Shown one piece after another: positions 26,444 to 39,794 of a stretch of 64,000 nucleotides of DNA. The DNA lies in NCBI GenBank assembly GCA_964016885.1, contig OZ024763.1:10602001-10666000 (forward strand), read 5' to 3'. Both the position numbers and the translations under genes were made by a program. The notes under the pieces were generated by a model that saw only the letters and a program-made list of their open reading frames with translations, was not told the origin of the DNA and did not search any database. This stretch comes from Eledone cirrhosa. Lineage: Eukaryota. Position 1 is the first letter of the stretch. Every line of letters begins with the position of its first letter.

Positions 26444-26626
26444 CAGCTGACAAAAGTGAGTTGCACCTGTAATTCAAAAGGCTAGCCTTGTCAGATTGTG
26501 ATAGACTGAATCTCCCTCAGTACTAAGTTATGGGTACACATGTTTGTGGAATGCTCAGCCACTTGCATGTTAACTTCACGAGCAGGCTGTTCCGTTGATT
26601 GGATCGCTGGACCATTCATCGTCGTA
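26400..26626 (+). mobile_element. SINE family D 3' half
   Basis: CAGTCCACTCAGCTG...GAATCTCCCT...GGCTGTTCCGTTGAT; homolog at 62600-62888. Confidence 0.8.
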
Positions 26627-27725
26627 ATGTATGTGTGTGTGTATGTATGTGTGTGTGTGTGTGCATGTGGGTGTGGGTGGGTGTATGTATGCATGTTTGT
26701 GTATATGTGTGTGTATGTGTATGTATGTGTGTGTGTGTGTGTGCATGTGGGTGTGGGTGTGGGTGGGTGTATGTATGCATGTTTGTGTATATGTGTGTGT
26801 ATGTGTATGTATGTGTGTGTGGGGGTGTATGTATGTTTGTGATTGTGTGTGCGTGTGTATATATGTGTTTGTGTATGTGTTTGTGTGTGTGTATGTATGT
26901 TTGTGTATGTGTTTGTGTGTGTATGTCTGTGTATGTGTGTCTGTGTGTATGTATGTTTGTGTATGTGTGTGTATGTTTGTGTATGTGTGTATGTGTGTAT
27001 GTGTGCATGTTTGTGTATGTGTGTGTAAGTATATTTGTGTATGTGTGTGTATGTTTGTGTATGTGTTTGTGTGTGTATGTCTGTGTATGTGTGTGTGTGT
27101 ATGTATGTTTGTGTATGTGTGTGTATGTATGTTTGTGTATATGTTTGCATGTGTGTATGTATGTTTGTGTATGTGTGTGTGTGTATGTATGTTCGTGTAT
27201 GTGTGTGTATGTTTGTGTATGTGTGTGTGTGTATGTGTGTGGAGGGGGAATATTAGGTGTGTGTGTGTGGGTGTGTGTGTGGAAGGGGGAATATTAGGTG
27301 TGTGTGTGTATTATATGTGTGCATGGATATCTATGTGTATTTGTGTGAATGTAAGTATCTGTATATATTTGTATATGTGTGTGCTTGTTTGTGTGTATGT
27401 GTCTATATGTTTGTGTGTGTGTCTATATGTTTGTGTGTATGTGTCTATATATATATATGTATGTGTCTATATATATATATGTATGTGTCTATACATATAT
27501 ATATGTATGTGTCTATATATATATGTGTATGTATATATATACATATATACATATATATATATATATATGTATACGTATGTATACATACATATATACATAT
27601 ATATATACATATATATATATATATAAGTATGTATACGTACATACATACATGTATACAGACGTACAATAGTATGTATGTATATATATATATATATATATAC
27701 ACACATGCACACATATATATATGTA
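26627..27725. repeat. (TG)n/(TA)n low complexity
   Basis: Seen directly. Confidence 0.95.
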
Positions 27726-28747
27726 CGTATGGATTCACCGAACATTTATTATAATGCTCGATGTGTTTGTAAATAAACATAAACATCCCAAATTAAGCCG
27801 TAGTGTCTAGCAACCACCGTTGCTCATTTGTTCAACACTGACAAAGGAACGATGTACTAGTTTCAAGCTTATTAGCTATCGTCAGCAACGTATACCTTCC
27901 TGCCAGATTGTTGAACGTATATACTTACCTTATGCATATTAACGGCTGAGCAGCCTAATTTGCATATCGAGTGAGTTAATCGGCCGGGGTACAGAAAACG
28001 ATAAACGGAAAAAATGAAACGAAATTTCATTTCTCACTCTTAGTACGGCTATTACTTAAATATAATTATGTATATGTACATACATATATGTATATATGTG
28101 TCTATATATATGTATATGTGTCTATATATATGTGTATGTGTCTATATATATATATGTATGTATGTATATATGTATGTATATATATGTGTATGTGTCTATA
28201 TATGTATGTGTATGTGTCTATATATATCTATATATATATATGTGTGTGTATGTGTCTATATATATCTATATATATATATATGTGTGTATGTGTCTATATA
28301 TGTATGTGTCTATATATATATATGTGTGTATGTCAATGTTTACACACATATAGAAATCCGTTGAGTCATTAACACATTCTATATTATTAAACATCCTATT
28401 TCAAATAACTAGGATGTGTGTGTGTGTAGGGGTGCGTGTGTGTGTATGTGAGTGTGTGCGTATGTGTGTGTGAGTGAGTGAGAATGTGTATGTATGTGTG
28501 TGTGTGAGTGTGTGTGTATGTGTGTGTATGTATGTGTGTGTGTGTGAGTGAGTGTGAATGTGTATGTGTATGTGTGTATGTATGTGTGTGTATGTGTGAG
28601 TGTGTGCGCGTGTGTGTGTGTGAGTGCATGTGTGTGTGTCATTTGATCAGATGATTTTTCATTGGAATTTTAATATATGATGTTTACAGGGTTTTTCAGG
28701 CGTATATAGTTGTGTATATATATTTGTGTATATATAGTTGTGTATAT

Positions 28748-29072
28748 ATCATTTTACGTCCACTTTTCCCTGCTTGCAAGGGTGGGACGGGAACTGATTC
28801 TGGCTTGATTTCTACAGCTGGATGCCCTTCCTAACACCAACCTCATTTACAGTGAGTGCTGGGTGCTTTTTTTCCGTGGCGCCTACACAACCACTTTGCA
28901 GTGGAATGATAGGGACCCCAATCCTATCATCTCATTTCTACAGCTGAGTAAACTGGAGCAATGTGTAATAAAGTGTCTTGCTCAAGGAAACAACACATCA
29001 CCCGGTCTGAGAATTGAACTCACAACCTTTGACTGCAAGGCCAATGCTCTAACCACTAAGCCACGTGCCTCC
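28748..29072 (-). mobile_element. SINE family B
   Basis: Colinear with 11082-11425. Confidence 0.88.
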
Positions 29073-29102
29073 TCTGTGTATATATATGTATATGTGTATA
29101 TA

Positions 29103-29408
29103 TGTAGGAGGTGAGTTTTATTGTAGCACAATAAAGCAATGCAAATATCGGATAAGTAGCACTCAACAGTTTGTAGGACTGGAGTATAAATAATTGTTTC
29201 TACTTTAGGCACAAGGCCAGCAATTACCCAGTGCATTACTGGAGTATAAATAATATAAGATCAAAAGATGGTTAAAAGAGTTCCATGTATTTTATTATGC
29301 GTATTTCAAAAACAAATATCATCATGGGATGATATTTGCGTTCTCATCAGATAAAATAGGGAGACATGATATGAAGTTTAAAAAACACTTGCGAGCAGTG
29401 TAAATCTA
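29103..29408 (-). mobile_element. Family B PLE-like insert interrupted by a SINE A tail
   Basis: Homologous to 12270-12519; 17-bp duplication ACTGGAGTATAAATAAT (29178-29194 / 29238-29254). Confidence 0.85.
29288..29358 (-). ncRNA. Minimal hammerhead ribozyme, family B copy 3
   Basis: Minus strand: TATTTTAT-CTGATGA-GAAC-GCAAATATCATC..ATGATATTTGT-TTTT-GAAA-TACGCA-TA-ATAAAATA. Confidence 0.82.
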
Positions 29409-29884
29409 CATATGTGTGTATATATATGTGCGTATATATATATGTATGTGTGTATATATATATGTGTAAATATATATGTGTGTATATATATATATGTGTA
29501 TATATATATGTATGTGTGTATATATATGTATGTGTGTATATATATATATATGTGTGTATATATATGTATGTGTATATATATATATGCATTTGTGTATATA
29601 TATATGTGTGTATATATATATATGTATGTGTGTATATATATATGTGTATATATATATGTATGTGTGTATATATATGTATGTGTGTATATATATATATATA
29701 TGTGTGTATATATATATATATATGTGTGTATATATATGTATGTGTATATATATATATGTATTTGTGTATATATATATGTGTGTGTATATATATATGTATG
29801 TATGTATATATATATATATGTGTATATATATATGTATGTGTGTATATATATATATGTGTGTATATATATATATGTGCATATATA

Positions 29885-30125
29885 TATTATTTATTTTGAG
29901 AACAATACCTTAACATCAGTATAAGAAGCCAGTTTCAACTGGTTTGAACAGAAAGGGGTGAGACATTTCTGGCCGGATATGGCCGGTTTGAATGCTAAAG
30001 GGTTAAGGTATTGTTCTCAAAATAAATACTTTCAAAATCTCATAGATTCGATATTATGTGAGGTAAAGCCTTTACCATGAAAATATAATAGTATATATAG
30101 AGTAATGTAAATACTAAAGGGTTAA
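29885..30125. mobile_element. Two rearranged piggyBac-MITE halves
   Basis: Right half ends AAAGGG|TTAA at 30002; an inverted left half ends AAAGGG|TTAA at 30121. Confidence 0.75.
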
Positions 30126-30299
30126 CCCTGCAATGGACTGGTGTCCTTGTGCAGGGGAGAGTCTTTAGACTTTAGACTTTATATATATATATATGTATGT
30201 GTGTTTATATGGTTGTGTATATATATTCTCTATGTCTGTATATCTGTATATGCCTGTATATAAATATTGCCTTAGAGAAAATAAAGAAGATAGTTGGAA

Positions 30300-31165
30300 A
30301 ATCAATGAGGTCATACAGGATGGGATCAAACTCAATGACTGGTGTAGTAGCATACTCATTTATTGCTACAAGGTGATGCCCTAGAAAGGAGCAACTATAA
30401 GAGAGTAAAACTAATAGACAAGTTATTAGGGAAAGAGTCAAATTAGATGAGATGCAGTTCGGTTTCATGTCAGGGAGGAGCACCACAGATGCCGTTTTTA
30501 GTGAGACAACTACAAGAGAAGTTCCACTGTAAGCCTCTATATTTAGCTTTTGTTGATCTAGAGAAGGCCTTTAACCGAGTATGATGATCTGTCATCTGGT
30601 GGTCCTTAAACCTTTAGTATTTACATTACTCTATATATACTATTATATTTTCATGGTAAAGGCTTTACCTCACATAATATCGAATCTATGAGATTTTGAT
30701 ATAAATTATTTTGAGAACAATACCTTAACATAAGTATGAGTGGCCAGTTATGGCCGGTTTGAACAGGAAGAGGTGAGAGAATTCTGGTTGGATATGGCCA
30801 GTTTACATGCTAAAGGGTTAAGGAAACTAGGGGTAGAAGATTGGCTTGTGAAAGCAGTGCAAGCCAATTACAGCAGAGTCGTCAGTAAAGTGAGAATAGG
30901 AAATGAGTTTAGTGAGGTAGATGTTCACTTGGGCGTTTAGGGCTCAACTCACTTCTGTTTACTGTAGTTTTCCAGGCCATAACAGAATAGTTTAAGATTG
31001 GTTACCCATGGGAACTTCTCTATGTTGATGATCTCGTTTTCATAGCTGAATCTGTGGAACAAGAGAAGAAAATCCAGCAGAATTCAAGCAGAACTTGGAA
31101 TAAAAAAGGATTGGAGTAAATTTGGCAAAGATTTAGTAAATAGGAAAGAAGACAGGGTTCCAATT
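30300..31165 (+). mobile_element. RTE-clade LINE RT fragment, degenerate
   Basis: MQFGFMSGRSTTDA, LAFVDLEKAF, IWWSLRKLGVEDWLV, ELLYVDDL. Confidence 0.85.
30610..30817 (+). mobile_element. piggyBac-type MITE inserted in RTE
   Basis: TTAA duplicated; removing the MITE restores WWSLRKLG. Confidence 0.9.
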
Positions 31166-31355
31166 TCATCAGGGCGCAGCAGCAGAAGGATGTGTGTTTT
31201 CCTGCTGGTGACATATCACAAAATCAAATTTCATCTGAGGATATCATTCTCATAACAGCAACAAATGTATGAATTACATCTTATTGCATGAGAGGACTAT
31301 TGAAATATTTATAACGAATAAACAATTTATGTGACATCAGCATGTTTATTAATGT

Positions 31356-31413
<58 letters not shown>

Positions 31414-31454
31414 TTACATATATATATATATATATCTTTACATATAAATATTAA

Positions 31455-32105
31455 TGAAGTACAGAATCGACCGTGAGCTGAAGCAGTTTTGGCTCGTTAC
31501 CTCTTCTTGCCTTCATTAGGAAAGCATTTCAAATTTAAGGGAAATGGGAGGAGGAAAAGGAAGTAGAGAGGAAAAAGAGGAAGAAATAAAGGAAAATAAA
31601 CATTAAAAAGAATTAAAAAGAAAAAAACGAAATGACAAAAAATACTGTGAAGTGGGAGCATAGGGCAGGGTTTCATTACCCCAAGATGAGCCATTATGGT
31701 CTTGTTACACATCCACCTTACATTGACTTTGGTCTTCTCACCATTCTCCTGTTTATCTCTTCTTTATTGTTGTGAAGCTGGGTCCCTGTATGTCAGATTC
31801 ACCATCTTTCTGTTAATTATTTGGTGGTAACAGTGTTGCTGTGGGAAATACCACCAGATCATTCTGGAGAATAATCTGGCAAGTGGTATCACTACATCTC
31901 TATTGTAGGGGAGTTGTACCACGTTAGCCTAGCTCCCAGTTCCTTTGCAGTTGAGATCATGTAGTGCTGGGTCGTAATCCTGGACCCTAATTCCTTGAAT
32001 AATTCAATCAGTACTTTCCCTGTCTGGTCAGATACCTGGCAGGTAGAATTGTACAGGATGAGGAGGCTGTCATCACGGTAAAGTCCCTCTCCAACATGGG
32101 GAAAG
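31455..32105 (-). mobile_element. Penelope-like element remnant (RT/thumb fragments and degenerate hammerhead)
   Basis: Minus translation GLYRDDSL..., ELFKELG.RIT and RLTWYNSPYN...YFPQQH (cf. PLE GLYRDDGL, WFNPPY); CTAATGA-AGGC..GCC-AAAAC near 31470-31525. Confidence 0.75.
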
Positions 32106-32410
32106 CTATGAAAATGTAGTATAACAAAGGGAAATAAGATGTAAAATTAAAATGGCTATGTTAGTGTTTGTCTGTTAGTGTGTGTGTGCAATATAGCAGA
32201 CCTATGGTATTATGTGGTTTTCATAAAAAAGCATTAAACATGCTATATTTTTGAAAGTGTCTCTAAACTTGCCCAAATACATGATATCTAGGTCACAAAT
32301 TTGATCCCCCTTACAATCTGGGGAGAGGATCAATATTGGGCCTTGGAACCTTAGGTAGAGCTTTTGTTATGTGTATGAACATAAATAATATAATATAATA
32401 TATATGTATA

Positions 32411-32445
<35 letters not shown>

Positions 32446-32472
32446 TTATAAGTGCATATTTAAACGTATATA

Positions 32473-32857
32473 CGAGGGTAAACCCAAAAGTAAGGTCTCC
32501 AAAGCAATGGGGACGCAGAGAAACTGTTCGTATGGCTGTTGGCAACACTGTTGTGATTGGTGCTTCCTTCACTCCCAAACAAACATGCATGCGCTTCGCT
32601 GGGATTCTCAATCTTGGCTTGGCAGCCGTTGAGAATGGAGCCCCATTGAATGCTACAGCCAAGTGCGAATTTCGCGCAGTTATTATATACGAGGGCAATC
32701 TCAAAAGTAAGGTCTCCTTCCGAGGAAAACATGCGTAAAGATCGGCGGATCACTCTGGATGTTCTCTGCATTTTGGTTCCTGAGGTTTCCCGAAGCACCA
32801 TCCACAAGGGAAAAGTTGCAATATCGGAAGGAGACCTTACTTTTGGGATTGCCCTCT
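32473..32857 (+). mobile_element. Non-autonomous mariner derivatives (nested)
   Basis: Terminal repeat TA|CGAGGG.AA.C.CAAAAGTAAGGTCTCC at 32473 and 32690, inverted at 32830-32857; remnants EFRAVI and DRRITL. Confidence 0.8.
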
Positions 32858-32901
32858 TATATATATATATATATATATGTTATATTATATAATATATATA
32901 T

Positions 32902-33284
32902 ATGGAGGCACATGGTTTAGTGGCTTGCAATCGAAAGGTTGTGAGTTCAATTCTCAGACCAGGTGATGTGTTGTTTCCTTGAGCAAGACACTTTATTTCA
33001 CATTGCTCCAGTTTACTCAGCTGTAGAAATGAGATGATTGGGACTGGGGTCCCTATCATTCCACTGCAAAGTGGTCGTGGAGGTGCCACGGCAAAAAAGC
33101 ACCCAGCCCACACTGTAAAGTGGACATGTTGGCGCAATGGAAAAAAGGCACCCAGAACTCACTGTAAATGAGGTTGGTGTTAGGAAGGGTATCCAGTTGT
33201 AGAAATCAAGCCAGAATCAGTTCCCGTCCCACCCTTGCAAGCAGGGAAAAGCGGACGTAAAATGATGATGATGATGATGATGAT
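32902..33284 (+). mobile_element. SINE family B
   Basis: tRNA head, CORE-like domain, GGTGTTAGGAAGGG motif, (GAT)n. Confidence 0.88.
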
Positions 33285-33418
33285 ATATATATACGTTTAA
33301 ATATACTCTTACACTCACACATATAACAACACACAGATTCCACTTTACATTCCAACCTAGACTACCTAATGGTTGTCTTATTTTCAATTTTCATTTTCAA
33401 TTTTTTTTTCTTTACGTT

Positions 33419-33540
33419 TATCCTGTCTCTATTTTGTTGTCATCCTGTCTCTATTTTGTGATCCTGTCTCTATTTTGTTGTCATCCTGTCTCTATTTTGT
33501 GATCCTGTCTCTATTTTGTTGTCATCCTGTATCTATTTTG
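33419..33540. repeat. 22/19-bp alternating tandem repeat
   Basis: ATCCTGTCTCTATTTTG x6. Confidence 0.8.
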
Positions 33541-33648
33541 TACTCCTGAAGAAGGGCTTAAACCCGACAGGTTGAACTTTCTTTCCTCTTTCCAATATAA
33601 AGCGTGAAACTAATAAGACTTGTTGTCTCCTTGAACTGTATATATATA

Positions 33649-33928
33649 AGTCTGAAGTCTGTCTTAAGTCAGAAGGCTCATTTGGCCGGTGCTTATCCCG
33701 GTTTCATGGCGTGAAGTGACTGAGAGTACAAGACTCCCCCTAGACAGGACACCAGTCCATCGCAGCGTTAAACCCCCAGTTATTGCTGGTACTCATTTTC
33801 AGCTGAGTATACTGGAGCAACGTGAAATGAAGTGTTTTGTTCAAGAACACAACACACAACCCAGGAATTGAACCCATGACATTATGATCGTAAGTCCAAC
33901 ACCCTTACCACTAGGCCACATGCCTCCA
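33649..33928 (-). mobile_element. SINE family C (CORE-like plus V-like domain)
   Basis: Head GGCCTAGTGGTAAGG..GGTTCAATTCC; CTGCGATGGACTGG..CCTGTC.AGGGG; copy at 47490-47741. Confidence 0.82.
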
Positions 33929-33957
33929 CTATATATATACATATATATATATACATA

Positions 33958-35203
33958 CAGGGTGCGGACGGTATTTGAGGACAGATTTATGGTTTAAAAA
34001 AAACGCTTATATAAGAACAGAAAAAAATTTATTCTTATAAAAATAACATAAACATAAAGCTAAATTATCAATTTAATAATTTTATTCAATATAATCACCA
34101 TAAGCATCAATAACTGCCTCTACACGGGGTCGAAATCAATTGCAAGCTCAGATTAAGTGGTCCTAGTTCATATCGGACATGACTCGAATTATGGCGGCTT
34201 TCAAAGAATCTTTTGTGCAATGGGGGTGTTCAACGATGCTCCATACATAGTAGTCCAGTGGATTGTGACCTGGAGAATTAGGAGGTCAAATGTTGGGGGT
34301 GATGTGATCATGCAAATTGTCAGCCATCCGTTCTTGTGTCATTTGAGCCTTGTGTGATGGTGCAGAATCTTGTTGAAAGACATAAGGCCTTCCATTGCAT
34401 ACACTGTTGATCCAAGGCTTAACAACTTTATGCAGAACCTCAATATATGCAGCAGCATTCACCCTAAGGCCTTGTGGAAAAAAGTGAGGAGGCATCACAT
34501 GTCCTTCATTGCTAACAACACCCAAAACCATGACACTTGCAGGAAATGTATTACTCTTGGAACCTCAGAAGGGTCTGTACATAGCCACCTGTCATTTCTT
34601 CTGTAGGTTTTGTGGTACTTGTCAAAGTTTTTGTCATCTGAGAAAAACCAAATCACACCATCTTCTGATGGATTTTTAAGTTTGTTTAAAAGTCTTTTTG
34701 ATCTGATTAAACACTTTTGGTTTTCTTTTGGTTTCTGACATGAATCGACCTCTCCTCATCACATAAGATTTGTATCTGATGTCTTCATACACAACATTTC
34801 TGATTGTTTTTTCTGACACAACAACATTTTTTTCAATTGACCTCATTGATTTTCCTGGATTGTCATCAATGTTTTGCTTAACTTCCTGAATAAATTCAGG
34901 TGTCCTGATACAATCAGAGCGTTTGGAATGTTTTTATGTTTTGATATAGGTAATAGACTTCCATCTTCTTTCTCTAACTCACACCAGATCTTGTGGACAA
35001 AAGATCTTGCAACTTTCAGAAAACGAGAAATTCCTAAATCACAATGCTTAGCCTTCAAAGAGACAACCACAGCAGGCCTTTTCATTTCATTAGTAAGCAT
35101 AGTTATTTTCATTGTTATTTGCTGAAATGGAAGTTCAATAAAAATAAGTCAAATAAAATAATGACTAAAAATACATGTGTCCTCAAATACCGTCCACACC
35201 CTG
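33958..35203 (-). mobile_element. Tc1/mariner (maT/DD37D-like) transposon, full length, transposase pseudogenised
   Basis: Terminal repeats CAGGGTG.GGACGGTATTTGAGGACA, TA target duplication; VMVLGVVSNEG.VMPPHFF, FQQDSAPSH, PPNSP..NPLDYYVW. Confidence 0.9.
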
Positions 35204-35320
35204 TATATATATATATTCATAAATATATATAGGCATGTGGCCTAATGATTATTGAGTTGAATTTTCAATCGTAAAGTTATGAGTTTGATTCCTGCGCTGG
35301 ATGATGTGTTATGACCTTAA

Positions 35321-36099
35321 CCCTTTAATGTTCAAACCGGCCAAAACCGGCCAGAATTCTCTACCTCTTTCTGTTGAAACTGGCTGTAACTGGTCACTCA
35401 AACTGATGGTAAGGTATTGTTCTCAAAATAAATACTTTCAAAATCTCATAGATTCGATATTATGTGAGATAATTATGTGAAGTAAAGCCTTTACCATGAA
35501 AATACAATAGTATATATAGAGTAATGTGAATGTTATGTGAGATATTATGTGAGGTAAAGCCTTTACTGTGAAAATACAATAGTATATATAGAGTAATGTA
35601 AATGTTATGTGAGATATTATGTGAGGTAAAGCCTTTACTGTGAAAATACAATAGTATATATAGAGTAATGTAAATGTTATGTGAGATATTATGTGAAGTA
35701 AAGCCTTTACCATGAAAATACAATAGTATATATAGAGTAATGTAAATGTTATGTGAGATATTATGTGAGGTAAAGCCTTTACTGTGAAAATACAATAGTA
35801 TATATAGAGTAATGTAAATGTTATGTGAGATATTATGTGAGGTAAAGCCTTTACTGTGAAAATACAATAGTATATATAGAGTAATGTAAATGTTATGTGA
35901 GATATTATGTGAAGTAAAGCCTTTACCATGAAAATACAATAGTATATATAGAGTAATGTAAATGTTATGTGAGATATTATGTGAGGTAAAGCCTTTACTG
36001 TGAAAATACAATAGTATATATAGAGTAATGTAAATGTTATGTGAGATATTATGTGAGGTAAAGCCTTTACCATTTTTGGCCGGTTTGAACACTAAAGGG
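35321..36099 (-). mobile_element. piggyBac-type MITE with internal 72-bp tandem expansion
   Basis: TTAA flanks; ~8.5 copies of a 72-bp unit at 35460-36072; inserted in a SINE head (35231-35316). Confidence 0.88.
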
Positions 36100-36278
36100 T
36101 TAACAGAAAATATCAGGTTTATAGTATCTTTACTAATGGACAGATTGTTGTGAAAATTTGCACTGTTACAGTAACGACTTTAATTGTGAATGTAATGAGG
36201 CGAGAGTGTTGTTTTGTACTTTACAGTGGTACAGGATGGTAGGAATTCAACATAGGAAGGGTGAAGATATTATAAACA

Positions 36279-36768
36279 ACCACCACCACCACTACTACTA
36301 CACCACCACCACCACCACTACCACAACCAACACCACCACCACCACCATCACCATCACCACCACCACCACCACAACCACCACCACCACCACCACCACCATC
36401 ACCACCACCACCACCACCACCACCACAACCAACACCACCACCATCACCACCACCACCACCACAACCAACACCACCACCACCACCACCACCACCACCACCA
36501 CCACCATCACCACCACCACCACCACCACCACCACAACCAACACCACCACCATCACCACCACCACCACCACAACCAACACCACCACCACCACCACCATCAC
36601 CACCACCACCACCACCACCACCACCATCACCACCACCACCACCATCACCACCACCACCACCACAACCAACACCACCACCACCACCACCATCACCACCATC
36701 ACCACCACCACCACCACCACCATCACCACCACCACCACCATCACCACCACCACCACCATCACCACCAC
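36279..36768. repeat. (CAC)n trinucleotide repeat
   Basis: Seen directly. Confidence 0.97.
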
Positions 36769-37153
36769 TATAATTTGAATTAATTGTAATGAAAGGAAAG
36801 TGACAGGAAAGTGGAAAGTTTGTAGGATGAAGTTGAGAGCATCTCATAGGATACATCTGTTGATAGTGGTGGTGGGGTGTGGTGGTGGTGTAGTGGTGGT
36901 GGTGGCGGGGGTAGAGAGAAGTACACATAGAGATATGTGTGCAATCATACAGGATCAAAAACCTGATCAAACAGGATCAAAAACGAAAAAGTGACGAACA
37001 TATTAACTATGTAGTTAATATGTTGATTTATAAAGAGCCCGGAATCTATTCCTTGAACTCATTAAATTATAGGGGATAAATGTGAGCTTTTAACTCTGTT
37101 TTTTTATTTTTTTTATTTTTTTAATATATATATTTATATATATATATATATAT

Positions 37154-37546
37154 AACTGCCTTGACAAGAATCTAGTATATAAATGTACCATTAAGACAAA
37201 TAATAATATATATAACTACATTGGTGCCACTTCTTCTAAATTTAAGTTTCGTTGGTACAATCATAAAAATTCCTTTTCTAAACCAGATAAAACATTTTCA
37301 ACCTCACTCTCACAATTAATATGGTCTTTGAAGGACAAGAATATTAAATACTCCATCTCTTGGACTCGGTTAAAGAATGCCAATTCCTATCGGAATGCAT
37401 CCATTTCGCTAAATTGCAATCTTTGCAATCTTGAGACTCTATTGATAATTACAAATTATGACAATTTAATTAACAAGAAAAATGAATTATTCAGCAGCTG
37501 CCAACATAAATTCGGTAAAACATTCCAGGCATTGTACAAGTTTTGA
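37154..37546 (+). mobile_element. Penelope-like element GIY-YIG endonuclease C-terminus (5' truncated at (TA)n)
   Basis: Open frame NCLDKNLVYKC...YIGAT...KFRWYNHKNSF...TSLSQLIWSLK...ISW...CNLCNLE...LINKKNELFSSCQH. Confidence 0.88.
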
Positions 37547-38084
37547 AAAAATATTGACAATTAATAATTTAAAAAATATATATATATAATTTTTTGCCTT
37601 ACTGGGGTAATAATTTATTGGTGTTTTATCTATTAGAATAATTTCATTAAGAGTATCTGTAACCTATGTTTTGATTAGGACAGTTCAATATTTAACTAGA
37701 CAATTGTTGATTTATGGTTTAGAAATATCACTAGATTTCAGAGTAGATACATGGTTTAAATGTCCACATATGGTGAATGAGTTATCTTCCTTTTATTTAC
37801 ATTCTTCATAAATATTTTTATTCTGCTTGAATAGCTTGCTAAATTATATTTGACATGAATTATGTAGTTTAATAATATAAGAATATCTTTAAAAGGAAAC
37901 TATAATAATATGTAATTACAGAAGTAAATATAAATTAACAAAATAAAACTTTTGAGAGTAAATATAACTGCAATTTAATCCTGTAATTATATGATAATTA
38001 AAGAATAGAAATGATTTTATAAAGAAAATATCCTATTTAAATAAAATAATTCAGATAAAAAATGATCTTAATATATATATATTA

Positions 38085-38400
38085 GGAATGTTGTTTACTC
38101 GAGAGAAGACTACGTTAGTATGGTCAGGTGATGCGCATGAAAGACGACAGTTGTATAAAAAAGTGCAGGGCGATAAAAATAGATGGTAGCCACGGAGTAG
38201 GGAGACCCAGAAAAACCTGGGACGACTTGATAAATTCCGACCTCACACACTTACACCTCTCCAAGACAATGTCACTGGACCGAGATCTTTGGCGCTACAC
38301 AGTTACACAGAAGACCCGCCTTGCCTAAGTACAAAGCGAAACCTACAGTCAGTAGGCACCTCTAACAAAAATACACCCCCGTCCCACTACCCCCACCCCA
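38085..38400 (+). mobile_element. RTE LINE 3' end
   Basis: VMRM.....IKKC......G....GRPRKTW......D........DR.LWR. Confidence 0.8.
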
Positions 38401-38804
38401 TCCATGTATGTGTATGTGTGTGTGTATATGTGTGTGTCTGTCTGTGTATGTGTGTACATGTGTGTGTATATGTATGTGTCTGTGTATGTGTGTGTGTGTA
38501 CATGTGTGTGTGTATATGTGTGTGTCTGTCTGTGTATGTGTGTACATGTGTGTGTGTATATGTATGTGTCTGTGTGTGCATGTGTGTACATGTGTGTGTG
38601 TATATGTATGTGTCTGTGTGTGTATGTGTGTGTGTGTATTTGTGTGTGTCTGTCTGTGTATGTGTGTACATGTGTGTGTGTATATGTATGTGTCTGTGTG
38701 TGCATGTGTGTGTATATGTGTGTGTCTGTGTATGTGTGTGCATGTGTGTACATGTGTGTGTGTGTATATGTGTGTGTATTTCCCCCCCCCCCTCCCATCT
38801 GACT

Positions 38805-39794
38805 AATAGACCTTCATTTGGCAAAGCAACTACAAAGGGAGAATAAAAGAGAAGAGCAACAACAAGAAAACCAACAACAAAATATTGGCAAACTGAATCA
38901 GAAGAACAAAGATGAAAGAGGTTTGCTGAAGATAGGACAGGGACAGAAATTAGTGGTCAAGATGTTTTACACTACAGCACAAAACAGAGAGGATGAATAA
39001 GATGTTCAAAGATCATCAAGGTTTTAACAACAAAGAATAAGAAGTTCACAGAATAGACAAGAGGAATCAGGGGAAGAAAGATCAAAAAGACTTGCCGAAG
39101 ATAAAACAATGAAAGTATTTGTCAAGAGGAATCAGATGTAGAAAAATCATCAAGACAGGCAAATGGAGAGAAATAGAGCAGCTCAAAGGTGGCATGAAGA
39201 AAGTGAAGCTCAAACAACTCAAAAGCTATGTGAACAGAGAGCAAGAACAGAAGATTTATGATTTTAAAAGGCTGTGGAACTTTGCTGCTTTGAGTTACAA
39301 TCCACATCAAGACTGGTGCCACAGAACTTTTCATTTGAATTTCCTCAATGAACAAAATTTGTCCAAATTGTTTAAATGGAAAGATTAAGTTTAAACTATT
39401 ACCTGAAGCACCCTTGAGGGGACTGCTGATTGGTACAACTCCTGAATCACGTCACTTTCTTCAAAATATCCAGAAGAATGCACTCCAAATGATGTGATTT
39501 GGTGTAAATATCATCCATGAAGGTGGCTTTATACCCACTTTCAAAATCCAAGAGCAAGTGTACCATAGAATTGAACTAAAATATTTACAACTGTATTCCA
39601 TCAGTGGTATGAAAACCCAAGCACAGACAAGATATGAAAGGAATAAAGAAACTAAGTATGAAATCATATTGCAATTACAAGATATGTTACAAACAAGAAA
39701 CTTATATTAGAAGTTTGAAATTTATCCTAGAAAATGTTTTGAATGAAATTTCATTATTTTCTTTAACTCAGGCAATGCCAGGTACTTCTGCTAG
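38805..39794 (+). mobile_element. Helitron derivative, copy 1 (5' truncated)
   Basis: Rep N-terminal remnant SRHFLQNI..NALQM..FG...GGFIPTFKIQ.QVYHRI; 3' end GGCAATGCC hairpin + CTAG|T. Confidence 0.85.

Noticed and set aside
23431-26485. 1013, 898 and 575 aa repeat ORFs
   Set aside because: 45-bp SINE-derived array open on both strands; no unique domain
27921-27930. U1 snRNA 5' end ATACTTACCT
   Set aside because: Downstream sequence does not match U1; better read as a minus-strand donor
32902-32960. tRNA genes at SINE heads (also 47490, 62656, 11360)
   Set aside because: Box A/B present but no full cloverleaf; continuous with SINE bodies
36158-36970. Mucin-like poly-Thr or poly-Gly ORFs
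   Set aside because: (CAC)n microsatellite
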